A stretch of 64,000 nt of DNA from Candidatus Eremiobacteria bacterium (GTDB lineage Bacteria > Vulcanimicrobiota > Vulcanimicrobiia > Vulcanimicrobiales > Vulcanimicrobiaceae), in contig CAVTRC010000001.1 in the NCBI GenBank assembly GCA_963737065.1, positions 1,440,001-1,504,000 on the forward strand, given 5' to 3'. Below, in pieces: positions 38,668 through 47,372 of the stretch. Numbering within the stretch: position 1 is the stretch's first letter; each line of letters starts with the position of its first letter. The notes under the pieces are model-generated. The model was not told the origin of the DNA, made no database searches, and saw nothing but the letters and a program-made list of their open reading frames with translations. The translations under genes were made by a program, and so were the position numbers.

Positions 38668-38677
38668 GAGCGTGAAC

Positions 38678-41600
38678 CTACACCGCGTGTGCGTGGAGCG
38701 ACGTGCGCACGACGTCGAGTGCGGCATCGAGCGCGATATCTCGCCGGCGCTGCAGCGCGTCGAGGAATTCGGCCGCATCCGTTTCCGCAAACGCGTCCAA
38801 CCGTTCGACCAGCATCGCGCGATAGTGCGCGAGCTGCGGCGTTCCATCGGGCAACAGCCGCGCAGCGATCGCCCATGGCAATGCCGATGCAAGTTCCGCG
38901 TCGGCGAGACGCTCGCTCATCTCCGCGATCTCCGAGGGATCGAACGCACCGCGCAGCACGACGTTGACGTTCGGCGTCTCCGCCGGCACACCGCGCGCGC
39001 CCGCAATCTCGTGCAGAAGTCGCTCGATCGTCGCTCGCATCGATGGCGTTTCGATGTCGCGGGCAGCGATGACGTAATTCGGCAAGCGCAGCTTGATGAA
39101 CAGACGATCGAGTTCCTCGCGCAGTACGTCGCGCATTGATGTTACGGACGTGATGTGCGTATCGCCGATTGCTTCGGGGAAGAAGGCGCGCAACGCGAAG
39201 AGATGGGTGATCAACCCGTCGAAGCGCGCTTCATCTAAGAAGCGAAGAATACGCGCGTGCCGGTCGGCGGTAAACGTCACCGCGACCCCGACGCCACCCT
39301 CTGCCGCGAGCGACCCTTCGACGACTCCCAATTCAAACGCGTCGGTGCCGGCGATCTCGTCTTGCACGCCGTTGCTCGCGGCGAGCGCCGGATACTCATT
39401 GTGCGCGAGCCAGCCGCGCGTCCCGTGCCCGTTGTGCGCGTCGCCGTTGACGGGCGTCGCGGGCGGAAGTTCCATGAAGCGCTCTTCGGTCAGTGCCCGC
39501 TGCGTCGCTCCGCCGAACGCCGGTCCGAGCATACCGTCCAAGCCGAACGGCAACCCCGGAATAGCATTTGCGAAGACGGGCGTCGCGCGCACCTTCAGTT
39601 CGTTCGATAGGATTTCGTCGTCGCGGTCGCCGTCGTAGCGGATGTTCGCGATACGAACGATCGCCTCGCCCGCCGGCAACTGGTTGTGCACGACATCACG
39701 GAAACGAATCGTTGCATCGACGCCGGGATCGACGTCGTTGAGCACGATGCCGCGCCCGCTCGCAAGCGCGGAGAGCGCTCCGACGTCGCGGATCGGCACG
39801 TCGTTGACCGTCGTGGAGTTCGGAACGTAAATGAGTTTGTCCGGCTGGCTGCAGAGGATTTGCACGCGGCGCGCCGGACCGTCGCCGCCGTTGCGGACGT
39901 GTAGCGCCCATTCGATCGTTTCACCCGCGTCGACCATATCCAACGGTTCGCTGCGCAGCGTGCCGACCGAGAAATCCGGCTCGGCCGTCGTAACGATCGT
40001 CAGCCGTTCGAGCGGCAGCGGCAACATCGCATCGGACGTCAAGACTGCATCCACGGTGACCGGAAACTCTCTCGCGAGACTGCGTAGCAAACGCAATCCG
40101 AGCCGAGCTTCCGCAGTGGCGCCCGGCGGAATCTCACCGAAGACGAGTTTCGACTTTTCGCGCGTCGCGCCGTCGACCGTCTCCAGCCGCGCTTCCGGCG
40201 AAACGTACAGACGCACGCGGACATTGTGCGCAACGTCAGTGCCGACGTTTGTCACACGAACGGCAACGTCGGCAAGCTGATTCGGACGCAACAGCTCTTC
40301 GCTTTCGAGTTGCAGATGTGACGTCAGCCGCGAGAACGCGGGATGGGAATCCACGCGCCAGAGCACATCGCCGAGCGGCGTTTCGCCGAGTTCACGTGAA
40401 TGGAGGCTTGCCCCGAGGCGCAATTCGCTGCGATCCGCATACGGCGTGCGCACGCGCGCGCGCACGTGAAACTTCCGCGTCGTGTACGGTTCGAGTGTTC
40501 CGATCTCGCCGGCATCGCCGTCGAGTGCGACCCGAGAAGCTTTTTCAGTTACCCGAATTTCATCGAGCGCCGAATCAACCCGCAGGTGCAGCACGCAATC
40601 GGTCGCCGGAGCACTGCCGTCGTTCGCAACGGCGATCGTTGCCTCCACTTCTTCGGCGGGACGCACGACGGCGGCGCCGACGCGTGCAATCGTGTTGCGG
40701 CGCGGTGCGAGCGACGGTTGCGAGTGCACGACGACGGTGCGTTCGAAACGGCGCTGCGATACCTCGGCCGATGGCTCCCACTCGACGTTCGCAGCGATCG
40801 CGAGCGCTGCGCCGTCGGCAAGCGGCGATGTGACGATCGCTTCACAGTGCAGGTCGACACGTTCATCCGCATCGATCCGCCCGAGTTCAAAAACGAGTCC
40901 GTCTTTTTTCTTCGCTTCGCGCAGCGGGCGCCCGTCGATTTGTGTTGCGCCGCGAACGGGAATCAGCGTATCCGGTAGTTCGATCGTCGCAACGACGCCT
41001 TCGGCCGCGGCCGACCCGGCGTTGTGTGCGCAAAGCGCGAGCGTTACGCGTTGTCCCGGGCGAACATCGTGCGTCGGCTCGACGGTAAATGACGTGCCGT
41101 CGCCGTCGAAGTGCGGCGCGGCACGGACGACGAGCGATGCGGGCTGCAGCTCGAATGCGGCGGTCTCTTGTGACGCGACCGATGCACGCGCGGAGATCAC
41201 GGTTCCGTCGTCGAGCGGTGAATCGATGCGCACGCGATAGACGAGCGTGGTGCTGCCGCTTGCAGGCAGCGCGGTCGTGACGATCGGCGCATACACGCGA
41301 TCGAACGGTAAGCCGAGATCGCGTTCGACCTCGCGTCCATTGACGCGGACCGAGCCGGGCACGTAGCTCGTATGTTCCGGAACCGGCGCAACGACCACGA
41401 CGTCGCGCGCGCTCGATTCACCCGCATTGTGCAACCGAACGGTGATGTGCGCTTCCGTTCCGGGCAGCGGTTCGGAACGCGCTTCGATTGCAACACTGGT
41501 CAGCGCATTTTCCAGCTGCGGCCGGCTGCGCGCAATCAGGCGCACGATGTTCGAGCCGACCGGCGCGACTTCGAAGGAAGCCACCGCGGCCTGCAGTTCG

Positions 41601-41962
41601 ATCGTCGTTCCGTTTTCGATTGCACCCGCTACGCTGTATGCAATTTCAAGGCGGCGTTCTTCGCCGGGACCGACGTCCCCGATGTGCGCACCCGCTCGCG
41701 CGAGCAGCGGCGAATTGCCCTGTTCGTCGTCGAGATCCGCGCCGTCGAGTTGCCCGGTACTGACGAGATACACGAGTCCGTCGGGTAAATTAAAACGCAC
41801 GCGGACACCGGTTGCGAGCGCTCCGCCTTGATTGCGAAACGTAAATGCAGCACGCACCGTCATTCCAGGTTCCAACTCGCGGTCGGGCGAAACGACGAGC
41901 GTTCGGAGACCTTCCGGTAACGTCGGAGCTCCTGGCGCAAAAACTTCGGAGAGCGTGCGCAT
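38678..41962 (-). CDS. Large protein with six DUF11-like Ig repeats and a helical C-terminal domain (module copy A)
   Basis: Start MRTLSEVFAPG at 41962 aligns with copy B (LTGIFAPG); six NxG repeats; C-terminal GLITHLFALRAFFP...LDRLFIKLRLP. Confidence 0.85.
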   Translation of the reverse strand: MRTLSEVFAPGAPTLPEGLRTLVVSPDRELEPGMTVRAAFTFRNQGGALATGVRVRFNLPDGLVYLVSTGQLDGADLDDEQGNSPLLARAGAHIGDVGPGEERRLEIAYSVAGAIENGTTIELQAAVASFEVAPVGSNIVRLIARSRPQLENALTSVAIEARSEPLPGTEAHITVRLHNAGESSARDVVVVAPVPEHTSYVPGSVRVNGREVERDLGLPFDRVYAPIVTTALPASGSTTLVYRVRIDSPLDDGTVISARASVASQETAAFELQPASLVVRAAPHFDGDGTSFTVEPTHDVRPGQRVTLALCAHNAGSAAAEGVVATIELPDTLIPVRGATQIDGRPLREAKKKDGLVFELGRIDADERVDLHCEAIVTSPLADGAALAIAANVEWEPSAEVSQRRFERTVVVHSQPSLAPRRNTIARVGAAVVRPAEEVEATIAVANDGSAPATDCVLHLRVDSALDEIRVTEKASRVALDGDAGEIGTLEPYTTRKFHVRARVRTPYADRSELRLGASLHSRELGETPLGDVLWRVDSHPAFSRLTSHLQLESEELLRPNQLADVAVRVTNVGTDVAHNVRVRLYVSPEARLETVDGATREKSKLVFGEIPPGATAEARLGLRLLRSLAREFPVTVDAVLTSDAMLPLPLERLTIVTTAEPDFSVGTLRSEPLDMVDAGETIEWALHVRNGGDGPARRVQILCSQPDKLIYVPNSTTVNDVPIRDVGALSALASGRGIVLNDVDPGVDATIRFRDVVHNQLPAGEAIVRIANIRYDGDRDDEILSNELKVRATPVFANAIPGLPFGLDGMLGPAFGGATQRALTEERFMELPPATPVNGDAHNGHGTRGWLAHNEYPALAASNGVQDEIAGTDAFELGVVEGSLAAEGGVGVAVTFTADRHARILRFLDEARFDGLITHLFALRAFFPEAIGDTHITSVTSMRDVLREELDRLFIKLRLPNYVIAARDIETPSMRATIERLLHEIAGARGVPAETPNVNVVLRGAFDPSEIAEMSERLADAELASALPWAIAARLLPDGTPQLAHYRAMLVERLDAFAETDAAEFLDALQRRRDIALDAALDVVRTSLHAHAV

Positions 41963-42046
41963 GACGCGAGACGCTTCGACAGGCGCAGGGCGCCCCCTTG
42001 ATTCGCTTACATTGAGTTTGTCTAAATTTTGAAAGGCTTTGAGTCG

Positions 42047-43243
42047 ATGTTGGCAGTGCACGATAAACGGATTGCGGACGCGGTTGCTCGCTTAGGTGCG
42101 GAGAACGCATTCCAAGTGTTAGCACGCGCCCGAGAGATTGAGGCGACGGGTCGTCGTGTCGTCCACATGGAGATCGGTGAACCCGATTTCGATACGCCGA
42201 AGCACATCAAAGACGCCGCGGTCGCCTCGCTGATGGCGCACGACACCCACTACACGCCGTCGGCAGGTATCATGCAACTGCGCGAAACGATCGCTGATTA
42301 CGCGACGCGATTTCGCAAAATGCCGAAGCCGTACACGCATGCCAACGTCACCGTCGCACCGGGTGCGAAACCGATCATCTGGAATATTTTGAGTGCGATC
42401 CTCAATCCAGGTGACGACTTCATCTACTTCGATCCCGCGTATCCGGCATACGGGTCAGCGTCGTCGTATCTGCAGGCAAACGTCACCCGCATCCCGCTGC
42501 GCGAATCGCGTGACTGGCGGATGGATCTCGACGAACTGGCCAGTCGCGTGAGCCATCACACGAAAGCCATAGTGATCAACTCGCCGCATAATCCGACCGG
42601 CGGCGTTCTGCTGCGCGAAGATCTCGAACGCATCGCCGAGCTTGCACAGAAATACGATTTCCTCGTCATCGCCGACGAAATCTATAGCCGCAACTTTTAC
42701 CTCGATACCGAATTCATCTCGATCGCGTCGCTACCCGGCATGCAAGACCGTACGATCGTCGTTGACGGCTTCTCAAAAGCGTATGCGATGACCGGATGGC
42801 GTCTCGGCTATGCAATCATGCCGGAAGACATCTGCAAGATCGTCACGCTCTTCAATAACAACACATTCAGCTGCGTTGCGACGTTCGTGCAAAAGGCCGG
42901 CGTCGCGGCGCTCACAGGCGATGACGCGCCGGTGCGTGAGATGAACGAAATTTTCCGTACGCGGCGCGACAAATTGGTCAAAGGCCTCAACGAGATTCCG
43001 AGCATGAGCTGTACGCTGCCCGAAGGCGCGTTCTACGCGTTCCCCAACGTCAAACAAATCACGAAGAACGATCGGGCACTAGCGAGCTTCCTCTTAGAAG
43101 AAGGCGGCATCGCGTGCGGCGGCGGCTCCTCTTTCGGCCCCGCCGGTGAAGGCTATCTTCGCTTCTCCTACGCCGCCTCGCTCGATGACATCGACTACGC
43201 GCTCTCGCAAATCCGCGCCGTGTTGCCGAAGTTCAACGGCTAA
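42047..43243 (+). CDS. PLP-dependent aminotransferase class I/II (aspartate aminotransferase-like)
   Basis: IGEPDFDTP, INSPHNPTG, ADEIY, DGFSKAYAMTGWRLGY, GAFY, YLRFSYA. Confidence 0.95.
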   Translation: MLAVHDKRIADAVARLGAENAFQVLARAREIEATGRRVVHMEIGEPDFDTPKHIKDAAVASLMAHDTHYTPSAGIMQLRETIADYATRFRKMPKPYTHANVTVAPGAKPIIWNILSAILNPGDDFIYFDPAYPAYGSASSYLQANVTRIPLRESRDWRMDLDELASRVSHHTKAIVINSPHNPTGGVLLREDLERIAELAQKYDFLVIADEIYSRNFYLDTEFISIASLPGMQDRTIVVDGFSKAYAMTGWRLGYAIMPEDICKIVTLFNNNTFSCVATFVQKAGVAALTGDDAPVREMNEIFRTRRDKLVKGLNEIPSMSCTLPEGAFYAFPNVKQITKNDRALASFLLEEGGIACGGGSSFGPAGEGYLRFSYAASLDDIDYALSQIRAVLPKFNG

Positions 43244-43309
43244 CGCCGATCATCCGAAGCGAGGCGGCGGAAGCGCAGAATTGAAGGGCGAAGGGCCGCA
43301 TCGCAAGAG

Positions 43310-43642
43310 ATGCGGTCCTTTGCATTCTTCCTTATCTGCGCGGCGCTCGTTCTCGCTCTCGCACCACTGCGAGTCTGGGCAGTCGTGCGATTGATGACGC
43401 ACTATCGCACGGACGAGTATCTTTCAAATGCGCGCGCGCGCCGGCTGTATGTCTTTCACATGGCGGCCGGCATCGCGACCGTAGCGCTCATTGCCATCGC
43501 CGCGTACACGTCGCACGTTTGGTGGGTCGACGTCGCCGCGTGGCTGTTTTGCGCATTCGCCCTGTACCGCACCGGGACGAAACTTCGGATGCGGCTCGAC
43601 GGCAGCTATCGCGAGTTTTACAAAAGCATCCAGTGGCGGTAA
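43310..43642 (+). CDS. Hypothetical membrane protein
   Basis: 110 aa with three hydrophobic segments; fills the intergenic space. Confidence 0.55.
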   Translation: MRSFAFFLICAALVLALAPLRVWAVVRLMTHYRTDEYLSNARARRLYVFHMAAGIATVALIAIAAYTSHVWWVDVAAWLFCAFALYRTGTKLRMRLDGSYREFYKSIQWR

Positions 43643-43647
43643 CGCGC

Positions 43648-44286
43648 TTACGGTTTCGAGGCGGGATTCTCCCAAGCGAACGCGCCGTTCGGATTCGGTT
43701 TCACCCACACGATGAGATCCCAGATCGTCGGAAACTCGAAGATCGTCACAACATCGCTCGCGCTCTTGACTTTGCCAAGTTTTACGAGCGTTGCCGGCGA
43801 GGGACTCGTGAGCGAGCCTCCGGCCGCAACCCAGTCTTTATTCCACACCCATTGATCGTATTTCATCGCGCCGCTCGCATCTTTGCTGACGTAGTGCACG
43901 TGGCCGTTCAGTTCGACCCAGCGGCCCGGATCGACGCCCCATAATGTCGGGCGCGGCTCATTGTTCGGGCGCAGTACCGAGAAATCGGCGCCGAGTAAGT
44001 CGCCGTTCTTGTCGTACCAGAGCTGGCTCGGATGTGATTGGTCGGACGACCACTGTTTGTTGGCATAACTGATCGCACCGGTGTCATCGGGCGCGGTGTA
44101 TCGCACGTACCCCGCCTTCACCGCGTCGCTGACGTTCGGATAGCGGCGGGTGAGGTCTTGCTGCACTTGCTGAACGAACTGCGTCTCGCTCAACGTCAGC
44201 GGACCGGTGTTGGTCGGGCCCTCATCGGCTCGTGCGACGGTCACAAATGCAAACATCGCAATAAACGCCAGCGCGGCAAAACGCAT
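43648..44286 (-). CDS. Hypothetical secreted protein
   Basis: Signal peptide ending ARA-D; GGAGG RBS; YPNVSDAVKAGY, GHVHY, WVKPNPNGAFAWENP motifs. Confidence 0.75.
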   Translation of the reverse strand: MRFAALAFIAMFAFVTVARADEGPTNTGPLTLSETQFVQQVQQDLTRRYPNVSDAVKAGYVRYTAPDDTGAISYANKQWSSDQSHPSQLWYDKNGDLLGADFSVLRPNNEPRPTLWGVDPGRWVELNGHVHYVSKDASGAMKYDQWVWNKDWVAAGGSLTSPSPATLVKLGKVKSASDVVTIFEFPTIWDLIVWVKPNPNGAFAWENPASKP

Positions 44287-44354
44287 CTTCACGATCGAAT
44301 CCCTCCTAAGCCGTAGCATTTCTGATATCGAAGCAGCGCGCGAGGATGTGACCG

Positions 44355-45995
44355 TTACTGCGTGCGCGTAAAAATCAGCGATCGTAATCCCCGGCCCGCG
44401 CTTAACGTAAAGCCGGTAATCGCGCCGGCCGAGTCACGGGTGAAGCGAATCAAAAACCCAGCATCGGACGTGAACGTGTCCACCATTTGCGGCTGCAACT
44501 TTCCGGCAGCTCCTTGCGGCAAATAGCGGCCGGGTTCCAGCGATAGTGTTCGATCGCTTGCGCGCAGCTGCCACGTTACGTCAAGCTCCGGGCTGTAGTA
44601 CGTTCCGGTTGCGCCGCTCAACCGTGTGCCGGTTGCAGTCACCGGCGCGAATTTGCGCGCAAATGAAGCATCGTCACCGCTGCCGATGCGCATTCCCCTC
44701 ACGTTGCCGTCATTCGTCGTCAGAAATGTGACGGGCGTCGAGCCGACGCGGAACGACGATCCGCCGGTAGCGACAAGCGGATATTCCGTTCCGCCGAGCG
44801 CGAGCATAACGCTCGACCCGCGAACCGCAACGCGAAACACCTCGGCGCCTGCTTCATCAAAGTATGAGCCTGCCAATGCGCTTGCCGTAACGGTCCTCTT
44901 GCCGCGACGCGCCGCCGCTGAGCTCGGCGCTTTCACGCGCTGCAGGTACGGTGCGAGGACGATATCCTCGACCTGTTGCGCCAGCGATTCCGGCGAAGCG
45001 GCGTCGGAATTGCACAGCACGACGACCGACGTGTGAACGCTGGGAAAGCGGTCGAACGCCGCGCGGTACCCGATCCATGCGCCGCCGTGCGAAACGGAAT
45101 GAAGCCCACGGTAGTCGCCGATGAAGAGTCCGCGCGCGTAGTGCAGCGCCGTCCCGTTGTTCAGATGACCCGGCGTCTGCAGTTGCTTGATGAGTTCGGC
45201 GCCGCCGACTTTCGGATGATAAAAGTTCTCATCCCACTTTGCCGCGTCATCAATTGAGATCTGAACGCCGCCGTCACCGGTTTGCTGCCAGTTCGACATG
45301 CTGTTCTTAAAGCGGCCGCCCGGTGTGGGTGCGTATCCCATCGCGCGGTTAGGAATGAGCATCGCGTAGTCGGTGCGGTACAGGGTGTGCGTCATGCCGA
45401 GCGGCTGAAAGATATTGCGGCTCACGTATTGCGAGAGCGTTTGTCCGGTGACGCGTTTGACGATCGCGGAAAGCAGGAAGTAGTTCGTGTTCGAGTATTC
45501 GTATCGCGTGCCGCTCGCAAACTCAAGATGCCGCTGACGGACGATCAGCGAGAGCGCATCTTCATCGGTCGTCGCTTCTTCCAGCCGGTGGCCGGCGAGA
45601 TCGAGCAGATCGGTATAGTCGCGCAAGCCGCTCGTGTGCCACATCAATTCGTTTAGCGTTATGGGGGCGCCGTAGTCCGGAAGCTCGGGGATAAATTTGT
45701 GGATGTCGTCGGTGAACCGCAGTTTGCCTCTATCGACCAGCATCGTGATCGCAGCCGCGGCAAATTGCTTGGAAACCGATCCGACGTCAAAAACCGATTC
45801 GGGCGTTATGCGGACATTGCGTTCGAGATCGGCCATTCCGTAGCCGCGCGCGTACGCAACGGCACCGTTACGCAAAACGCCGAGCGCGCAGCCCGGCGTC
45901 ACTGAAGTGTAGCTCTTGAACACGCCGTCGATGCGAACGCGCTGCGGAGCTTGCAGTGCGGTTGAGAGCGCAAAAACGAGGCCGAACGGCAACAT
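44355..45995 (-). CDS. Serine hydrolase, beta-lactamase class C / D-aminopeptidase family
   Basis: GSVSKQF (SxxK), HTSGLRDY, YEYSNTNY (YxN), PLGM, HGGAWIGY. Confidence 0.92.
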   Translation of the reverse strand: MLPFGLVFALSTALQAPQRVRIDGVFKSYTSVTPGCALGVLRNGAVAYARGYGMADLERNVRITPESVFDVGSVSKQFAAAAITMLVDRGKLRFTDDIHKFIPELPDYGAPITLNELMWHTSGLRDYTDLLDLAGHRLEEATTDEDALSLIVRQRHLEFASGTRYEYSNTNYFLLSAIVKRVTGQTLSQYVSRNIFQPLGMTHTLYRTDYAMLIPNRAMGYAPTPGGRFKNSMSNWQQTGDGGVQISIDDAAKWDENFYHPKVGGAELIKQLQTPGHLNNGTALHYARGLFIGDYRGLHSVSHGGAWIGYRAAFDRFPSVHTSVVVLCNSDAASPESLAQQVEDIVLAPYLQRVKAPSSAAARRGKRTVTASALAGSYFDEAGAEVFRVAVRGSSVMLALGGTEYPLVATGGSSFRVGSTPVTFLTTNDGNVRGMRIGSGDDASFARKFAPVTATGTRLSGATGTYYSPELDVTWQLRASDRTLSLEPGRYLPQGAAGKLQPQMVDTFTSDAGFLIRFTRDSAGAITGFTLSAGRGLRSLIFTRTQ

Positions 45996-46130
45996 GGCGA
46001 GATTTCGCGTTCCACGCTGTAATTTTGCCGCCCTTTCTCAGGCGACGCTAATGATCGTGTGCGCGTCGGCGTCTATGCTTGGAAAGCGGATCCGACTTAC
46101 ACGCTTTTATCAACATGAGGACCACGAGCA

Positions 46131-47300
46131 ATGCGCACTCCCGTATTCCTTGCACTATCAGCAACGCTCGCGCTTACCGCCTGCGGCGGGGGTAGCGGCG
46201 GCACGTCGAGCGGCGGAAACGCGCCGATACCAAATCCGACATCGGGCGGCGGACTCTCGTCGCAGGCGCAAGCCGAAACCGCAATCACGGTTGCGAATTC
46301 TCTCGGCGACCCGGTAAAAAACGTCACGAATTTCAACAATGCCGTATCCGGCGCATCGGCCGTCATGCGAGGCGGACAAGTCATCGCCATGACGGGCGGC
46401 GCGGGCGAATGCACGAACGGAATTGAATTTTTCGCGCCCGATAAGAATAACGATCCGAACTCGACCGAAGCGCAGTACTTCTACGACAGCGGATGCACGG
46501 AGCTCGCTCGTGACATCGTGCGAATTTTCGCCGTCAACGGCACCTCGGAGACCGTAAACCGAACGGAAAAACAGTACGCGATCGACAACTCCTCGCCGAC
46601 CGCGCAGCGCACGAGCACGGTGGCTTTTATCAACGGCAGCTACAACGTCGACGGGTTCCCCAACGTTGCGCACGGCTTCGATCGCTCAGCAACGAGCGAA
46701 CTCGACATCAGCGGCGCGAAAACGCTGCTGAACGACGACGAACTCGTGATGCTTGCGGGCAGCAACGGCGTCAACGCATACTGCTCGGATACCGCCGGCT
46801 ATAACGCGACCGGAATCCCGTCGCTAAACGAAACGTTCGGCAGTGAAGGCGGCACCTCGAGCGGCACGCGCACCGTGAACACGGATGGCTCGGTCACGTG
46901 GCAATCGACGAACAGCGGTACCGCCTATAAAGGCGCGATCGGGTCGTTCGCGATCAACATCGGTTCAGCGAATACCGCGTGCCCGATCGCGGCGCCCGAG
47001 TACACGCTCTCGGGCGGCACGCCCGTGGGAACGTATTCCGTTCCGGTGAGCGCCACATTCAGCCGCGGTTTGCTGACGAACCTTACCGTGACAAACGCGC
47101 AATTGGCGAACGGCAATACGCTCAACGTATCGACGAACGGCGGCGTCCAACCGCAGAACAGCCAGTTCATCACCGGGACGATCGGCAACAACGGCACACA
47201 AATCGCAACGTTTGCGGTAGACGCGTTCGGCGACGGAACGCTCACGGTGACGCGCAGCGGAGCACAATACGTCATGAGTGACTGGCACGTCGTGAAGTAA
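46131..47300 (+). CDS. Hypothetical Gly/Ser/Thr/Asn-rich lipoprotein
   Basis: Lipobox LTAC-GGG, GAGG RBS, beta-rich composition, four Cys in the mature part. Confidence 0.8.
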   Translation: MRTPVFLALSATLALTACGGGSGGTSSGGNAPIPNPTSGGGLSSQAQAETAITVANSLGDPVKNVTNFNNAVSGASAVMRGGQVIAMTGGAGECTNGIEFFAPDKNNDPNSTEAQYFYDSGCTELARDIVRIFAVNGTSETVNRTEKQYAIDNSSPTAQRTSTVAFINGSYNVDGFPNVAHGFDRSATSELDISGAKTLLNDDELVMLAGSNGVNAYCSDTAGYNATGIPSLNETFGSEGGTSSGTRTVNTDGSVTWQSTNSGTAYKGAIGSFAINIGSANTACPIAAPEYTLSGGTPVGTYSVPVSATFSRGLLTNLTVTNAQLANGNTLNVSTNGGVQPQNSQFITGTIGNNGTQIATFAVDAFGDGTLTVTRSGAQYVMSDWHVVK

Positions 47301-47321
47301 GCGAGCCGCTTCGATCGCAAC

Positions 47322-47354
47322 GAAAAGCCCGCCGGGTTAACGCGCGGGCTTTTC
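47322..47354. terminator. Bidirectional intrinsic terminator
   Basis: GAAAAGCCCGC...GCGGGCTTTTC inverted repeat between convergent genes. Confidence 0.8.
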
Positions 47355-47372
47355 ATACGACAGCGCGCGGCA

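Noticed and set aside
34965..41962. Phage tail, contractile injection system or sortase pilus interpretation of the giant repeat proteins
   Set aside because: No sheath, tube, baseplate, sortase, LPxTG or signal-peptide features seen. Composition matches the flanking core genome, with no integrase or att site evident.
44355..45995. Acquired antibiotic-resistance beta-lactamase
   Set aside because: A 546-aa serine hydrolase with extra C-terminal domains and no mobile context; more like a peptidase/esterase, and resistance cannot be inferred.
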